A program made the position numbers and the translations under genes. Below the pieces are notes generated by a model that worked only from the letters and a program-made list of their open reading frames with translations, made no database searches and was not told the DNA's origin. Below are positions 10,258 through 20,251 of a DNA stretch of 64,000 nucleotides, piece after piece. Numbering within the stretch: position 1 is the stretch's first letter; the number at the start of each line of letters is the position of its first letter. Source of the stretch: an uncultured Chloroflexia bacterium (GTDB taxonomy: Bacteria > Chloroflexota > Limnocylindria > Limnocylindrales > CSP1-4); contig CAVPPQ010000020.1 of assembly GCA_963707395.1 (NCBI GenBank), forward strand, positions 262,021 through 326,020, written 5' to 3'.

Positions 10258-10556
10258 GGCCGATGACGGGCTGGATCGCCCGCGTGTCTGCGGTGCGTCT
10301 GGTCCGGCCTGTGGGTCGATGGAACGGATAGAGTGATCGTTTCGAGCATCCGAGCTGCCACGATGTCGCGACTGCAGGTCCGCCGCGAGTCTAGCGGCCG
10401 TGCTGCCCGGAATCCAGCCGGCGCCCAGCGGAAGGATGACGCGGTGTCACTCGCCGACGAGGTTCGACCCAGATCCGACCTGGCGTGCCGACCGCAGAGG
10501 GACCACCAGCCAGACAGAGGCTGGCGATGAGGCGGAGACTCGGCGCGCCTCGACGC

Positions 10557-10946
10557 CTACGGTGTCGAGCCCGCCTGCATCGCCTGCATGTTCTTCATCA
10601 TGACCCCCTCGGCCGAGCGCAGCTCCTCGCTGGGGCTGAACCACAGGAACTCGGTGCCGGGCTCATTCTCAACCGGGATGTGACCGGGCGGGATGTAGAA
10701 CGCGTCGCCGGCCTCGTAGACCTCATCCCGGTCGGCGTACCGAGCGGTCATCTTGCCCTTGAAGACATAACCCCAATGCGGGCACTGGCAGCGGTCGTCC
10801 GGAAGCCCCTTCATGAAGGGCGTCGCGTCGACGTCCACGAGGAGCGACGTGAAACTCGCTGTGTAGCCGTCGAGCTCGTCGCGCAGATCCACCACGGGAC
10901 CAGCCTCCTGGCGTTGTGACGCGTCGTCCCTTGACACCTTCGGCAT
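10557..10946 (-). CDS. cupin-domain protein
   Basis: 129 aa; ...DAFYIPPGHIPVENEPGTEFLWFSP... matches the cupin 2 conserved barrel pattern. Confidence 0.7.
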   Translation of the reverse strand: MPKVSRDDASQRQEAGPVVDLRDELDGYTASFTSLLVDVDATPFMKGLPDDRCQCPHWGYVFKGKMTARYADRDEVYEAGDAFYIPPGHIPVENEPGTEFLWFSPSEELRSAEGVMMKNMQAMQAGSTP

Positions 10947-11163
10947 CTCCGCCGACTCCTTCCTCGTGGCAGCCCAGGTTCCGCGAGGCTATCACAGCGC
11001 CCCACGCCGACCGATGCGGCCGACCAAGAACGGGAGTGACCGGCCATGTGCGACTGGGCTCCGTCGGGGCTGCGCCTACACTTCCCTGATATCAACACGG
11101 GGAGACGCCAGGGACGGCCCCCAAGGACGACCGGACCGGTTCGATGCGAAGAGGGGATGGACG

Positions 11164-11668
11164 ATGAAGGTCCTCGTGGCATACGGCAGCCAGTTCGGCT
11201 CGACCGCCCAGATCGCGGAGCGCATCGCACAGGTCCTTCGCCAGGAGGGGCACGACAGCACCGTGGCCGCCGTCGACCAGGCGCCCGATCCAGCGGGCTT
11301 CGGTGCCACGGTCGTGGGCAGCGCCGTCCACGCCGGACACTGGCTCAAGGGCGCCGCCGCCTTCCTCGACCGCCATCGATCGAGCCTCGCCTCTCGGCCG
11401 GTATGGCTCTTCAGCAGCGGTCCGGTGGGTGATCGCGGCGTCGCGGCCCCGCAGCCGGACCCCAAGGAGGTGAGCCAAGGTCCGCCGCTCGATCGGCGCG
11501 AGGGACCATCGCGTGTTCGCCGGTTCCTTCGACCGGGCGACGGCCGACTTCAGCGGGCTCGGGTTGGTGGAGCGGACCGTCGTGCGGCGGTTCCTCTCCG
11601 ATGGCGACTGGCGCGACTGGGACGCCATCGAGGGCTGGGCACAGGGGATCGCTCGCGCCCTCCGCTGA
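11164..11668 (+). CDS. flavodoxin-domain protein (HemG/flavodoxin-like), frameshifted near 11480
   Basis: MKVLVAYGSQFGSTAQIAERIAQVLRQEGHDSTVAAVDQAPDP...VWLFSSGPVGD is a flavodoxin-like N-terminus. After PKEVSQ the frame breaks; the conserved C-terminus (RSIGAREHRVFAGSFDRATADFSGLGLVERTVVRRFLSDGDWRDWDAIEGWAQGIARALR*) is in the +1 frame. RBS-like GGGGATGG lies upstream. Confidence 0.6.
11180..11477 (+). repeat. segmental duplication copy A (~298 bp, ~97% identical to 14096-14393)
   Basis: Direct nucleotide comparison of the two flavodoxin-like segments; only a few substitutions. Confidence 0.85.
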
Positions 11669-12043
11669 CTTGGTCGTGAGCGCTCATCGGTGCCAGCGCG
11701 CTTCCGAGGGGCCCGTCGGCCCCGTTGACCGGGATCGCCAGCTACAACCATTCGATCTCACCCCGAGAATGAAGGGGTGAGGCGAGATCGCTCTGATAAG
11801 CCTTCGATATCAACCGAAGACCCAGGGGACCACCGCAGCGTCGGCGAGCTTCCGCAGGGTGATGGCCCGCGAGGATGGGCAGCCTGAAGCGCATCGCGGG
11901 CACGGCCCGCCACTTCAGCCGGTCCAGGTCGAGCACGCCCGCACCGACCCGGCCTTCCACGTGTACCGCTGTCGATCCTGCAACGCAGGGCGCGGTGCGG
12001 GTCGCGTTCCGGCCGTGCGGTCTCAGCGATTGGGTGGGTTCCG

Positions 12044-12763
12044 TCAGCCGCCCGAGGGCGCCCCATGCGCCGTCGCGACGTCGCCGATGAGGGCCGCGAG
12101 CTCGGTCGGTCGCGACCACATCGGCCAGTGGCTGGTGGGCAGGTCGATCCACGTGATGTCGCGCAGGTCCTTGACGCCCGCGAGCCACGACCAGTCGGCC
12201 TCCCGTGCGTAGCGCTGGTACGCCGCTGCAGGGTAGCTCGCGCAGATGATCGTGCTGGGGATCGCGGTGCGCGCCTCGTTGGTGAGCGGGAACGCATCCC
12301 GAATGACGCGACCGGGAACCGGAACGGCGCGCTCCCTGAAGGTGGCCTTCTGCTCCTCGCTGAGTCCGTCGAGGTTCTGCTGGGCCTCGATCTCCGACCA
12401 CACCATCGGCTTCTCGAGGGCCTCGAACGCCGGGTCCATCGGGGGGACGCCGGGCGCGCTGTCGACATAGACCATGGCCGCGATCCGCTCGGGCACGCGG
12501 TCGCTGGAGGCGTAGCCCGAGAAGCCGCTGGCGCTATGGACGGCGAGCACGACGGGCGTCGCCTTCGCATTTACCGCGTCGACGATCGCCTGGACGTGGT
12601 CGGCGAACGTGATCGAGGTGCGGTCGGCGGCGACCGAGTCAAGGCCGGGCAATGTGAGAGACGTCACCTCGTGGCCCGCGGAGCGGAGCGCGGCAGCGAC
12701 CTCGTCCCACGCCCAGGCGCCGAGCCAGAAGCCGGGGACGAGGATGATCGGGGCGGGGGGCAT
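12044..12763 (-). CDS. alpha/beta-hydrolase fold protein (esterase/lipase-like)
   Basis: 239 aa; PIILVPGFWLGAWAWDEV..., nucleophile elbow AVHSASG, HWPMWSRP near the C-terminus. Confidence 0.8.
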   Translation of the reverse strand: MPPAPIILVPGFWLGAWAWDEVAAALRSAGHEVTSLTLPGLDSVAADRTSITFADHVQAIVDAVNAKATPVVLAVHSASGFSGYASSDRVPERIAAMVYVDSAPGVPPMDPAFEALEKPMVWSEIEAQQNLDGLSEEQKATFRERAVPVPGRVIRDAFPLTNEARTAIPSTIICASYPAAAYQRYAREADWSWLAGVKDLRDITWIDLPTSHWPMWSRPTELAALIGDVATAHGAPSGG

Positions 12764-12950
12764 CGGTCCTCCTTGGTGTCACGGGCCGCTGGCTTCCGTA
12801 GGCGGTGACCAGTCGGACGACCGCCGAGCGAGGATACAGGGGCGCATGCTGGCCAGTGCCTGGACAGCATGACCGGCTCTCGAAGCGCGGTCGGTTCGGC
12901 ACTGTCCCTGGGTCCCCGACGCAGCGCACCGTAGCCTCGAAGGAGGCCGA

Positions 12951-13421
12951 GTGCGCAAGACCATCGCCATCATCGCCGTTGCCACGGAGGCCCTCGGTGC
13001 CGCCGTCTACCTCTGGCGCCGTGACCCGAGGATCGGCTCGGCGTTCGTGAACTCGGTCGTGAACCCTTGGCTGCTGCGTCGCGGGCTGGCGGGGGGCAGA
13101 CACTCCGAGATCGGTCCGCTCGAACACATCGGGCGGAAGTCCGGCATCCGACGACTGACCCCGGTGCATCCGGAACCGATCCCGGAGGGGTATCGCGTCA
13201 TGGTGCCGCTCGGCGCGCGGTCCGAATGGGCGCGCAACGTCATCGCCGCGGGGAGGTGCCGCCTCCAGCTGCACGGTCAGATCTACGAGCTCGCCGACCC
13301 GCGGCTCATCCCCGCGCGTGACGTGACGGACCGGCCACGGGTCGTCCGGGCCGTCATGGCGGCGCTCGGGTTCCAGTACCTCAGCCTGCGCATGGTGGGC
13401 GTAGAGCCCGGCACCCTCTAG
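12951..13421 (+). CDS. deazaflavin (F420)-dependent nitroreductase-family protein (DUF385-like)
   Basis: 156 aa; pattern ...IGRKSGIRRLTPVHPEPIPEGYRVMVPLGARSEWARNVIAAGRCRLQLHGQIYEL typical of PPOX-class F420H2-dependent reductases. Confidence 0.7.
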   Translation: MRKTIAIIAVATEALGAAVYLWRRDPRIGSAFVNSVVNPWLLRRGLAGGRHSEIGPLEHIGRKSGIRRLTPVHPEPIPEGYRVMVPLGARSEWARNVIAAGRCRLQLHGQIYELADPRLIPARDVTDRPRVVRAVMAALGFQYLSLRMVGVEPGTL

Positions 13422-14095
13422 CGGTCAGAGACCAGGAAGGTCGGGGCTCCACCGCGGTCGACTCGGTCCGGCCCGGGGGACCGCCGCTCCGCGCCGTCGT
13501 TCAGCGGTCCGTACCCCACGGTCACCGATCGAGTCGACGCTTGGCACTTGCCAAGCGTGGTAGCACGCGAGAACGTCCTGTCCCGGGTGGTCCGTCCGTG
13601 CGGACCGACACCGGGGGGAGACATCGTGCAGTACGACCTGGGGCTGATCGGCCTTGGCCTGTTGCTCCTGCTCTCGCTGGCCTTTGGGGGCCTGGCCCAG
13701 CTGCTGGGCCGCAACCGCATCCGCTGGCAGTGGCTCATGGCGGCCATCGGCTTCTTCATCGGGGGACTCATCGCGAGCGAGGCTCCTCTGGGCCGACCCG
13801 ACGCTGGACCTCGAGCCCATCATCGACGGGTTGTCGGTCGACGAGGCGCTCCTCGGCGGGCTCATCGGCGGCGTCAGTCGCCGACATCGCCACACGCTTC
13901 GCGACCCACTCCTGGCCGTTCGCCCGACGGTCGCCCGCCTGATCGCGACCCGGACGGATCGACGGAGCGGCCTCTCGCTCCGTCACATCGCCAAACTCGG
14001 ATCCGGCCGTACGGATAGTCGACGCTGGGTCGACATCGAGCTGGGAACAGGGGATCGCTGCGTCCAGACGACGAAGGTCACGGTGCGGCTCCGGG

Positions 14096-14400
14096 CATAC
14101 GGCAGCCAGTTCGGCTCGACCGCCCAGATCGCGGAGCGCATCGCAGCAGGTCCTCGCCAGGAGGGGCACGACAGCACCGTGGCCGCCGTCGACCAGGCGC
14201 CCGATCCGTCGGCCTTCGGTGCCACGGTCGTGGGCAGCGCCGTCCACGCCGGACACTGGCTCAAGGGCGCCGCCGCCTTCCTCGACCGACATCGATCGAG
14301 CCTCGCCTCTCGGCCGGTATGGCTCTTCAGCAGCGGTCCGGTGGGTGATCGCGGCGTCGCGGCCCCGCAGCCGGACCCCAAGGAGGTGAGCCAGGTCCGC
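14096..14400 (+). pseudogene. flavodoxin-like gene fragment (duplicate copy B, lacks start codon, degraded downstream)
   Basis: ...RAYGSQFGSTAQIAERIAAGPRQEGHDSTVAAVDQAPDPSAFGATVVGSAVHAGHWLKGAAAFLDRHRSSLASRPVWLFSSGPVGDRGVAAPQPDPKEVSQ matches copy A but has no MKVLV start. Weaker homology continues to ~14700 with indels. Confidence 0.6.
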
Positions 14401-15138
14401 GCGCTTCGTCGGCGCCACGAGGGACATCGCGGCCCGAAGGTTGATCGCCGTCGTGGATGCGCTTGTGCGGAGCGACGTCACGGGGGTGTGCCTCGGCGGA
14501 GAGGAGGACGGCATCCCGAGTGTTGACGGGCTCGAGTGGCGGCGGTTCACGGACCTGCCCCAGCGGTCCAGCGTGCGGGGTCGCAAGCATCCCGCGATCG
14601 CTCCCCACGACCCGACCGGGCTCTTCATCACAGGCCGGGGTTCGGAGGTTCCACCTTCGATCGGGCGACGGCCGACTTCAGTGGGCTCGAGGTCCGGTGG
14701 ATACGAGAACTGGTCGGCGTGCCGGTCGTCTTCTCCGAACATTCCTTCCTGGCGAGCTACCGGGCCGGCGCGACTTCTCGGACGGGGAAGTCCGGCACCT
14801 CGACCAGCTGGGACCTGTCGCGTCGCGCCTGCTGCGTCGGTCCACCGTCAGCACCCTCGCGGCGGCGTGGCGAGCGCTGGGGGGCACGGCACAACGACGG
14901 CCGGCCGCCAGAGATCCCAGAAGAGGGAGAACGGGTCGAGCCCGACCCGACGGCGGGACCCGGTGGCGGCGGAGGGACCACGGAGTGGGCGGGGAGGGTG
15001 AAGCACTACGAAGGTCGCCACGGGGACCGAGTCGCAAGCCCCAGATCACGTGAGCTCCTCGCCTTCGTCGGCGAACGACGGCCCTGAGGTGCATAGCGGG
15101 AGACCGCGCAGCTCATGGCACGTCGAAGGGACGAGCCG

Positions 15139-15654
15139 TCAGGACGCGGATCCGCGCCGACGGCGGGCCTTGTCGAAGAGCAGGTCATGTTGCTCTCGCA
15201 GGAGCTCGATCTGCTCCGTCACCTGGCGGGCTTCCTCGCTCTCAGGGTCCAGGTCGACGAGCTGTCGTTCCGCACTGCGCCACTCGGCGAGCACCTCGGA
15301 GATCCGGTAGACCTTGGCCGAGAGGTTCGTCGTCGGGCGCTCGATCGGGTAGAACAGCGCCCGATAGCGGTCCCCACCCTCATCGAGGATGGCGACCCGG
15401 ACACGGACGAGCTCGCCGTCCAGGCGCCGGAAGGCTGCCTCGGCCAGCACGCCCTCGGCCCGGGAGGCGAAGTACGCCTTCCGCCAGGCTTCCTGCTCGT
15501 CGGGGTCAGGCGGCAGGGCCGCGAAGGTCTCGGGCGGTGTCGCCCGCAGCTCCTCGACCGTACCCACGCCGAGCAGACCGAGCGCGGCCGCGTCCCCGTC
15601 GAGGTACCGACCATCGGCATCCAGGATGACCATCGCTGCGCGACGCCAGGGCAT
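15139..15654 (-). CDS. hypothetical protein (PAS-like N-terminus plus coiled-coil tail)
   Basis: 171 aa, balanced composition, ...MVILDADGRYLDGDAAALGLLGVGTVEEL..., acidic helical C-terminus. Confidence 0.5.
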   Translation of the reverse strand: MPWRRAAMVILDADGRYLDGDAAALGLLGVGTVEELRATPPETFAALPPDPDEQEAWRKAYFASRAEGVLAEAAFRRLDGELVRVRVAILDEGGDRYRALFYPIERPTTNLSAKVYRISEVLAEWRSAERQLVDLDPESEEARQVTEQIELLREQHDLLFDKARRRRGSAS

Positions 15655-16026
15655 CGGTCGGTGCCTCCCTCTCGGTCTCCCCGCAGGATGCTAGGTCATC
15701 GCCCGGATGAGAGCAACGGCCGGTCCGGGGGTCGGTCGGTCCACGGTCGTCGAGCGGCGATCGTCATGTGCGCGTGACATGGTCGGGGCGAGCGGGGTAG
15801 CGCCAGCTTGACCCACCTTAAGCCGGGCCAGAGCAGGTCCCTGAACGCTCCACGCAGCACCCGGTCGACTGATGCGAGCATCATGGCCCTGAGGCGTCTG
15901 GCGGGTCCTCGGCATCGCGCGCGGTGTGCTGGTACCGTGGAGGGGTCATGCAACGAGACGAGTCGATGGACGCGAGCCGGGTGCCGGCCGCGTCGCCGGT
16001 GGTGGCGGCCGGTCAGGGTCGCCCCG

Positions 16027-17403
16027 GTGGGCGGTGACCAGCACGACGTAGGCGCCGCTTCCGCCGCCGTCATCCCCGCCGAGCCCATAGATCGGATCCT
16101 GGCGCCCTTCCGCGAGTTCACGCGGAGCTCAGCTTCCGGCGGCCTGCTGCTCATGGCAGCCGCTGTGGTCGCCATGGTGCTGGCCAACTCGCCCTGGTCG
16201 GAGGCGTGGACAGCGCTCTGGGAGACCAAGCTCGAACTGTCGCTCGGATCGCTGAGCTTCTCGCAATCGCTGCTCCACTGGATCAATGACGGCCTCATGG
16301 CCATCTTCTTCCTGGTGGTCGGCCTCGAGATCAAGCGCGAGGTCCTGGTCGGTGAGCTGGCCTCGGTCCGCCGGGCCACGCTGCCCATCGTGGCAGCGAT
16401 CGGGGGCGCGATCGTGCCGGCCGTCATCTTCCTGGCGATCGCGGGGGGCGGCGAGGCAAGCCGCGGCTGGGGCATCCCCATGGCCACGGACATCGCGTTC
16501 GCCCTCGGGGTCCTCGCCATCCTCGGCTCGCGCATCCCCCTGGGCCTGCGCGTCTTCCTGGCCGCCCTGGCCATCGTGGACGACCTGCTCGCCGTGCTCG
16601 TCATCGCGCTCTTCTACACGTCCGACCTGTCGTTGCCTGCGCTCGCGGCTGCCGGCGTCATCCTGCTGGCGCTCATCGGGGCCAACGTCCTCGGTGTGCG
16701 CCGCCCACTCGTCTACGGCCTGCTTGGCGTCGCCCTCTGGGTGGCGGTCTTCCAGTCGGGCATCCACGCCACGGTCGCGGGCGTCCTGCTGGCCTTCACC
16801 ATCCCGGCTCGGACGCGCCTCGACTCCGACGCCTTCGTCGCGCGCGCGCGCCACATCGTGAACGACTTCGAAGGGCGCACGGTCGACGGTGAGGATGCCA
16901 GCACAGAGGAGCACCACGCGGCCCTCTGGGAACTGGAGGACGCCGCCGAGAAGGCGCAGGCCCCGATGCTCAGCATCGAGCACGCGCTGCAGCCCTGGAC
17001 GGCCTTCCTCATCGTGCCCCTCTTCGCCCTGGCCAACGCGGGCGTGGCCATCCGTGGCGAGCTGACCAGCATCGTCGTGGAGCCCGTGTTCCTGGGCGTC
17101 CTGCTCGGCCTCGTCATCGGCAAGCAGGTGGGCATCTCGCTCGCGGCCTACGCGGTCGTGCGCCTCGGGTTCGCCTCGCTGCCAGACGGTGTGCGCTGGC
17201 GCCACATCTACGGTGTGGCGTGGCTGGGCGGGATCGGCTTCACCATGAGCCTCTTCATCGCGGGGCTGGCGTTCGGCAACGGGCCGTCTCTGGATTTCGC
17301 CAAGGTCGGCATCCTGGCGGCCTCCATCGTGGCCGGCATCGGAGGCTATCTCGTACTCAGGCGGGGCACCATCGCGAGCTCACCCGGCTCCGACCCCGGC
17401 TAG
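16027..17403 (+). CDS. nhaA: Na+/H+ antiporter NhaA
   Basis: PIDRILAPFREFTRSSASGGLLL...WINDGLMAIFFLVVGLEIKRE...IPMATDIAFALGVLAILG are canonical NhaA motifs. The upstream part of the long ORF (from 15808) is non-coding-like; GTG at 16027 is taken as the start (approximate). Confidence 0.9.
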   Translation: MGGDQHDVGAASAAVIPAEPIDRILAPFREFTRSSASGGLLLMAAAVVAMVLANSPWSEAWTALWETKLELSLGSLSFSQSLLHWINDGLMAIFFLVVGLEIKREVLVGELASVRRATLPIVAAIGGAIVPAVIFLAIAGGGEASRGWGIPMATDIAFALGVLAILGSRIPLGLRVFLAALAIVDDLLAVLVIALFYTSDLSLPALAAAGVILLALIGANVLGVRRPLVYGLLGVALWVAVFQSGIHATVAGVLLAFTIPARTRLDSDAFVARARHIVNDFEGRTVDGEDASTEEHHAALWELEDAAEKAQAPMLSIEHALQPWTAFLIVPLFALANAGVAIRGELTSIVVEPVFLGVLLGLVIGKQVGISLAAYAVVRLGFASLPDGVRWRHIYGVAWLGGIGFTMSLFIAGLAFGNGPSLDFAKVGILAASIVAGIGGYLVLRRGTIASSPGSDPG

Positions 17404-17483
17404 GGTGACCCATCCTCACGTCGTGGCAGGTTCAGCGCGCTGCGGGACTCGACGACGGGACTCCTGGGCGCGACCAGGCTTCG

Positions 17484-17780
17484 CTACCGTCCGAAGATCC
17501 GGGTGAATGGCCGCCCGCGCGCGATCTCGATCGCTCCCACGATGCCTGCCGCGACACAGACCACCCCGAAGAAGGCGAAGAGGTCGAAGCCGGCCCCGGT
17601 GGTGCCGATCAGGAACAGCCCACCGAAGAAGATGATGGCGAAGAAGAGATAGCCGCGACTGCGGGGCACGCCCGGCTTGACCCACGTGCCGCCGATGCGG
17701 CTGAAGACGGTCTCACCGGTCGGCTCACCGTCCTCGTCCGTGAATTGAGGCGACTGGAGGTGCTCTCTGAGTGACGTCAT
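17484..17780 (-). CDS. small membrane protein (hypothetical)
   Basis: Internal Met start MTSLREHL...; two hydrophobic helices (YLFFAIIFFGGLFLIGTTGAGFDLFAFFGVVCVAAGIVGAI). Confidence 0.4.
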   Translation of the reverse strand: MTSLREHLQSPQFTDEDGEPTGETVFSRIGGTWVKPGVPRSRGYLFFAIIFFGGLFLIGTTGAGFDLFAFFGVVCVAAGIVGAIEIARGRPFTRIFGR

Positions 17781-18004
17781 CCGGGCCCTCTGCGTACGCG
17801 GTTCAGGGTAGCCGATGGCCGCGGGCCGGTGTTGCATGTCACCGAGAAGCGTGTCGAGCCCTCGGTCACGCGCCCTCGACGGTCAACCCCATCGCGCGCG
17901 TCGGCCTGGCGTCGGTCGAAGGTCAGCACCACCAACAGTGCCCTGCTCTGGGCGGAACGCCAGCGTGCGTGCGCCGTTCGAACCAGCCGGCCAGACGAGG
18001 CTGC

Positions 18005-18832
18005 CTACCCCACGTGAGCGTTCAGCGTCGCGACAGCCTGCTCCAGGCCGTCCCGGTCGGTGATGGGGCTCGACGTGGGGAAGCTGGTGGTCAGGTAGTG
18101 CTGCGCGTACGGGAAGCAGCAGGCCTCGAACGGCTCGCCCGCCAGGATCCCGTCTCCAAACGTCATGCGCTCGAGCGTGACCGCCTCCAGCGGGATGGAC
18201 AGTGCCTGCGCCACCTCCTGCGGGTCGAAGATGAGACCGAAGGGGACCGCGTCGGCGGCCTGCAGCGTGCCCCCGTAGTCGACTGAGAGGTTCCCCTCGA
18301 GCCAGAGGCGCTGGTCGAGCGGTCGCATCGTGCCCTGGTGCAGGTCGGCGACGCCTGCGATCTGGTTGCGGCCGTGCGCGCTCTGCACGTCGACGATCAG
18401 ATCGCCCGAATGACTGGTCGTGACCACGCAACGGCTCGTGCTCGTGCTCGAGAACCCCTGCCCGGGGTCGTAGCTGATGGTGTTCGACTCGTAGTCGCAG
18501 ATGATCCAGGACAGCATGCCGGTCGTCCTGTTCTCGGCGATGAGCGAGAGCTCGACGCGTGTGCCCCAGAACACCGAGGTGTGGACGTTGAACGCGCCGA
18601 TGACCCCGCAGGGCCTGGTCTCCGTGCCTTCGAAGATGGCCGTCGGCACGAGCTCGTAGCCGGGCGGCAGCAGCCCGCTGGCGGCTGCCTCGTCCCTGAT
18701 CTCGTACGCCAGGAAGAGGCTGTACGGCTCGACGATGAAACCGACGTGCTGGTCCTTGCCGCCTGCCCGACCCACGATCCACTTCTGCACGCTCACCGGC
18801 AGCCTCGTGAGCATCTCGGCTCGTCGGTGCAT
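18005..18832 (-). CDS. hypothetical protein (globular, ~275 aa)
   Basis: Protein-like part of ORF 18005..19138 starting MHRRAEMLTRLPVSVQKWIVGRAGGKDQHVGFIVEPYSLF...; the N-terminal 100 aa of the ORF are junk. Confidence 0.5.
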   Translation of the reverse strand: MHRRAEMLTRLPVSVQKWIVGRAGGKDQHVGFIVEPYSLFLAYEIRDEAAASGLLPPGYELVPTAIFEGTETRPCGVIGAFNVHTSVFWGTRVELSLIAENRTTGMLSWIICDYESNTISYDPGQGFSSTSTSRCVVTTSHSGDLIVDVQSAHGRNQIAGVADLHQGTMRPLDQRLWLEGNLSVDYGGTLQAADAVPFGLIFDPQEVAQALSIPLEAVTLERMTFGDGILAGEPFEACCFPYAQHYLTTSFPTSSPITDRDGLEQAVATLNAHVG

Positions 18833-18984
18833 CGTGGCGACGGCCTTGGGTGTCACCAGGTTCTCGGTGCGCTTGATGAAACGATGGGAGTCAGATCTGT
18901 CCACGAGACGTCCTTCCTGAGCGGTGTGATCTGCATGGCCACGATAGGGTGGCCGTGAGATAGCCGCTGGCGATACGCATGCGT

Positions 18985-19391
18985 CGGCCCAGGTTGCTCC
19001 TCGTCCACGCCGCGTGGCGGAGGCCGTGCGCGACGCGATCGCCGACGCCATCGGCACCCTGCCCGAGCAGCTCCAGCGGTCGCTGACCTGGGACCAGGGG
19101 TCGGAGATGGCGCAGCACGCCCGACTGAGGATCGACACCGGGGTGGAGATCTGATTCTGCGACCTGCACAGTCCCTAGCAGCGCGGCTCCAACGAGAGCA
19201 CCAACGGCCTGCTGCGGCAGTACTTCCCGAAGGGCACCGATCTCGCCGGGCATTCCCGAGTCGACCTCGAAGCCGTCGCCCTCGCGCTCAACACGCGGCC
19301 GCGCAAGACCCTCGACTGGAAGACACCCGCCGAGGCGCTCGGCGGACTCCTACACTCGACGGGACAAGGCAAAGTTGCGACGACTGGTTGA
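18985..19391 (+). pseudogene. IS30-family transposase, C-terminal fragment with two in-frame stop codons
   Basis: The hand-translated +strand reads ...[122 protein letters not shown], the conserved IS30 C-terminus (SLTWDxGxEM, [18 protein letters not shown], RPRKTLxWKTPAE). Conserved Tyr and Trp codons are replaced by TGA and TAG. The N-terminal two-thirds are absent. Confidence 0.7.
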
Positions 19392-19512
19392 GCCCGCCCA
19401 GTACCTCTCCATCTGCTACACCGGGCGGCTCCACTCGGCTTGCGACGACGTGCCGCCAGCCGAGTACGAGGCCGCATGCTGGGCAGACCAGCAGGTGGCG
19501 CCAGCCGCCTGA
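19392..19512 (+). pseudogene. second transposase remnant (IS3/IS481-like integrase C-terminal tail?)
   Basis: Translation RLVEPAQYLSICYTGRLHSACDDVPPAEYEAACWADQQVAPAA* resembles the ...SIRYTERL.../...PAEFEAA... tail of rve-integrase transposases; very short. Confidence 0.25.
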
Positions 19513-19588
19513 GCCCTATCGTCCGAGCCTCCACGAAACCAAGCGCGGTTCACGCACGCGGGACGGGCCTCGGCATGATGGGACGCTG

Positions 19589-20251
19589 CTACTTGCCTTT
19601 CTTCGTCGCGGCTTTGGTGACCTTACCGGCGAGGCTGAGGTTCCCCGCCGGCTCGGTCGAGAGGCAGATCGCGAAGGCTTGGGTCTGATAAGTTCCGCCG
19701 CTCCCGAGTTGCTTCCAGGCCCGTGCGAACCAGTTCCGCGGTCCACCCGGCTGGTTCGAGAGGAAGTGGGTCGTGTTCGCCGCACCCTGGTCGTTGCCCG
19801 TGTCGATGTCCGCCCCTCCTCCCACGAGGAGGGACCCTTCCGGGCAGTAGGCATAGGCGAACGTGACGCCATCGGCCTGGGGTGCCGACTTCGGACCTGA
19901 CACCCTTGTCACCTTGACGCCCGTGATGCCCTCGTTGTCAACCCCGTCCGCGAAGCCAGCGGGCTTGTTGGGGATAGCGTTCCAGTCGGCAGGGCCAGCG
20001 GGCCCCTGGGGACCCTGGGCGCCCGCCGGACCCTTGGCATTCCAAGCGATGAGCTTCTCGCCCTTGGGACAGGTGCTCACCTTGGGGTAGTTGATGAGCC
20101 GCACGGTCCCGGTGTTCTTGGCGAGGCACGCACGGTAGGTGCCAGTTCCGTTGGGGATGGCGGCATACACCGTGCCCACCCCCAGGGCGAGGACGATGAC
20201 GACCGCGACAAGGAGCGATCCGAGACCGAGGCTGGACCTGGGTGCCGACAT
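19589..20251 (-). CDS. secreted/anchored collagen-like (Gly-X-Y) repeat protein, paralog 1
   Basis: Signal/anchor MSAPRSSLGLGSLLVAVVIVLALGVG, short GPAGAQGPQGPAGP collagen-like tract, conserved PAGFADGVDNEGITG motif, 2-Cys C-terminal domain, Lys-rich tail KAATKKGK. Strong RBS GGGAGAGGGAG upstream. Confidence 0.8.
   Translation of the reverse strand: MSAPRSSLGLGSLLVAVVIVLALGVGTVYAAIPNGTGTYRACLAKNTGTVRLINYPKVSTCPKGEKLIAWNAKGPAGAQGPQGPAGPADWNAIPNKPAGFADGVDNEGITGVKVTRVSGPKSAPQADGVTFAYAYCPEGSLLVGGGADIDTGNDQGAANTTHFLSNQPGGPRNWFARAWKQLGSGGTYQTQAFAICLSTEPAGNLSLAGKVTKAATKKGK

Noticed and set aside
15696-16604. 302-aa ORF antisense to nhaA
   Set aside because: Overlaps the well-supported NhaA CDS on the opposite strand; Arg/Ala/Ser-rich.
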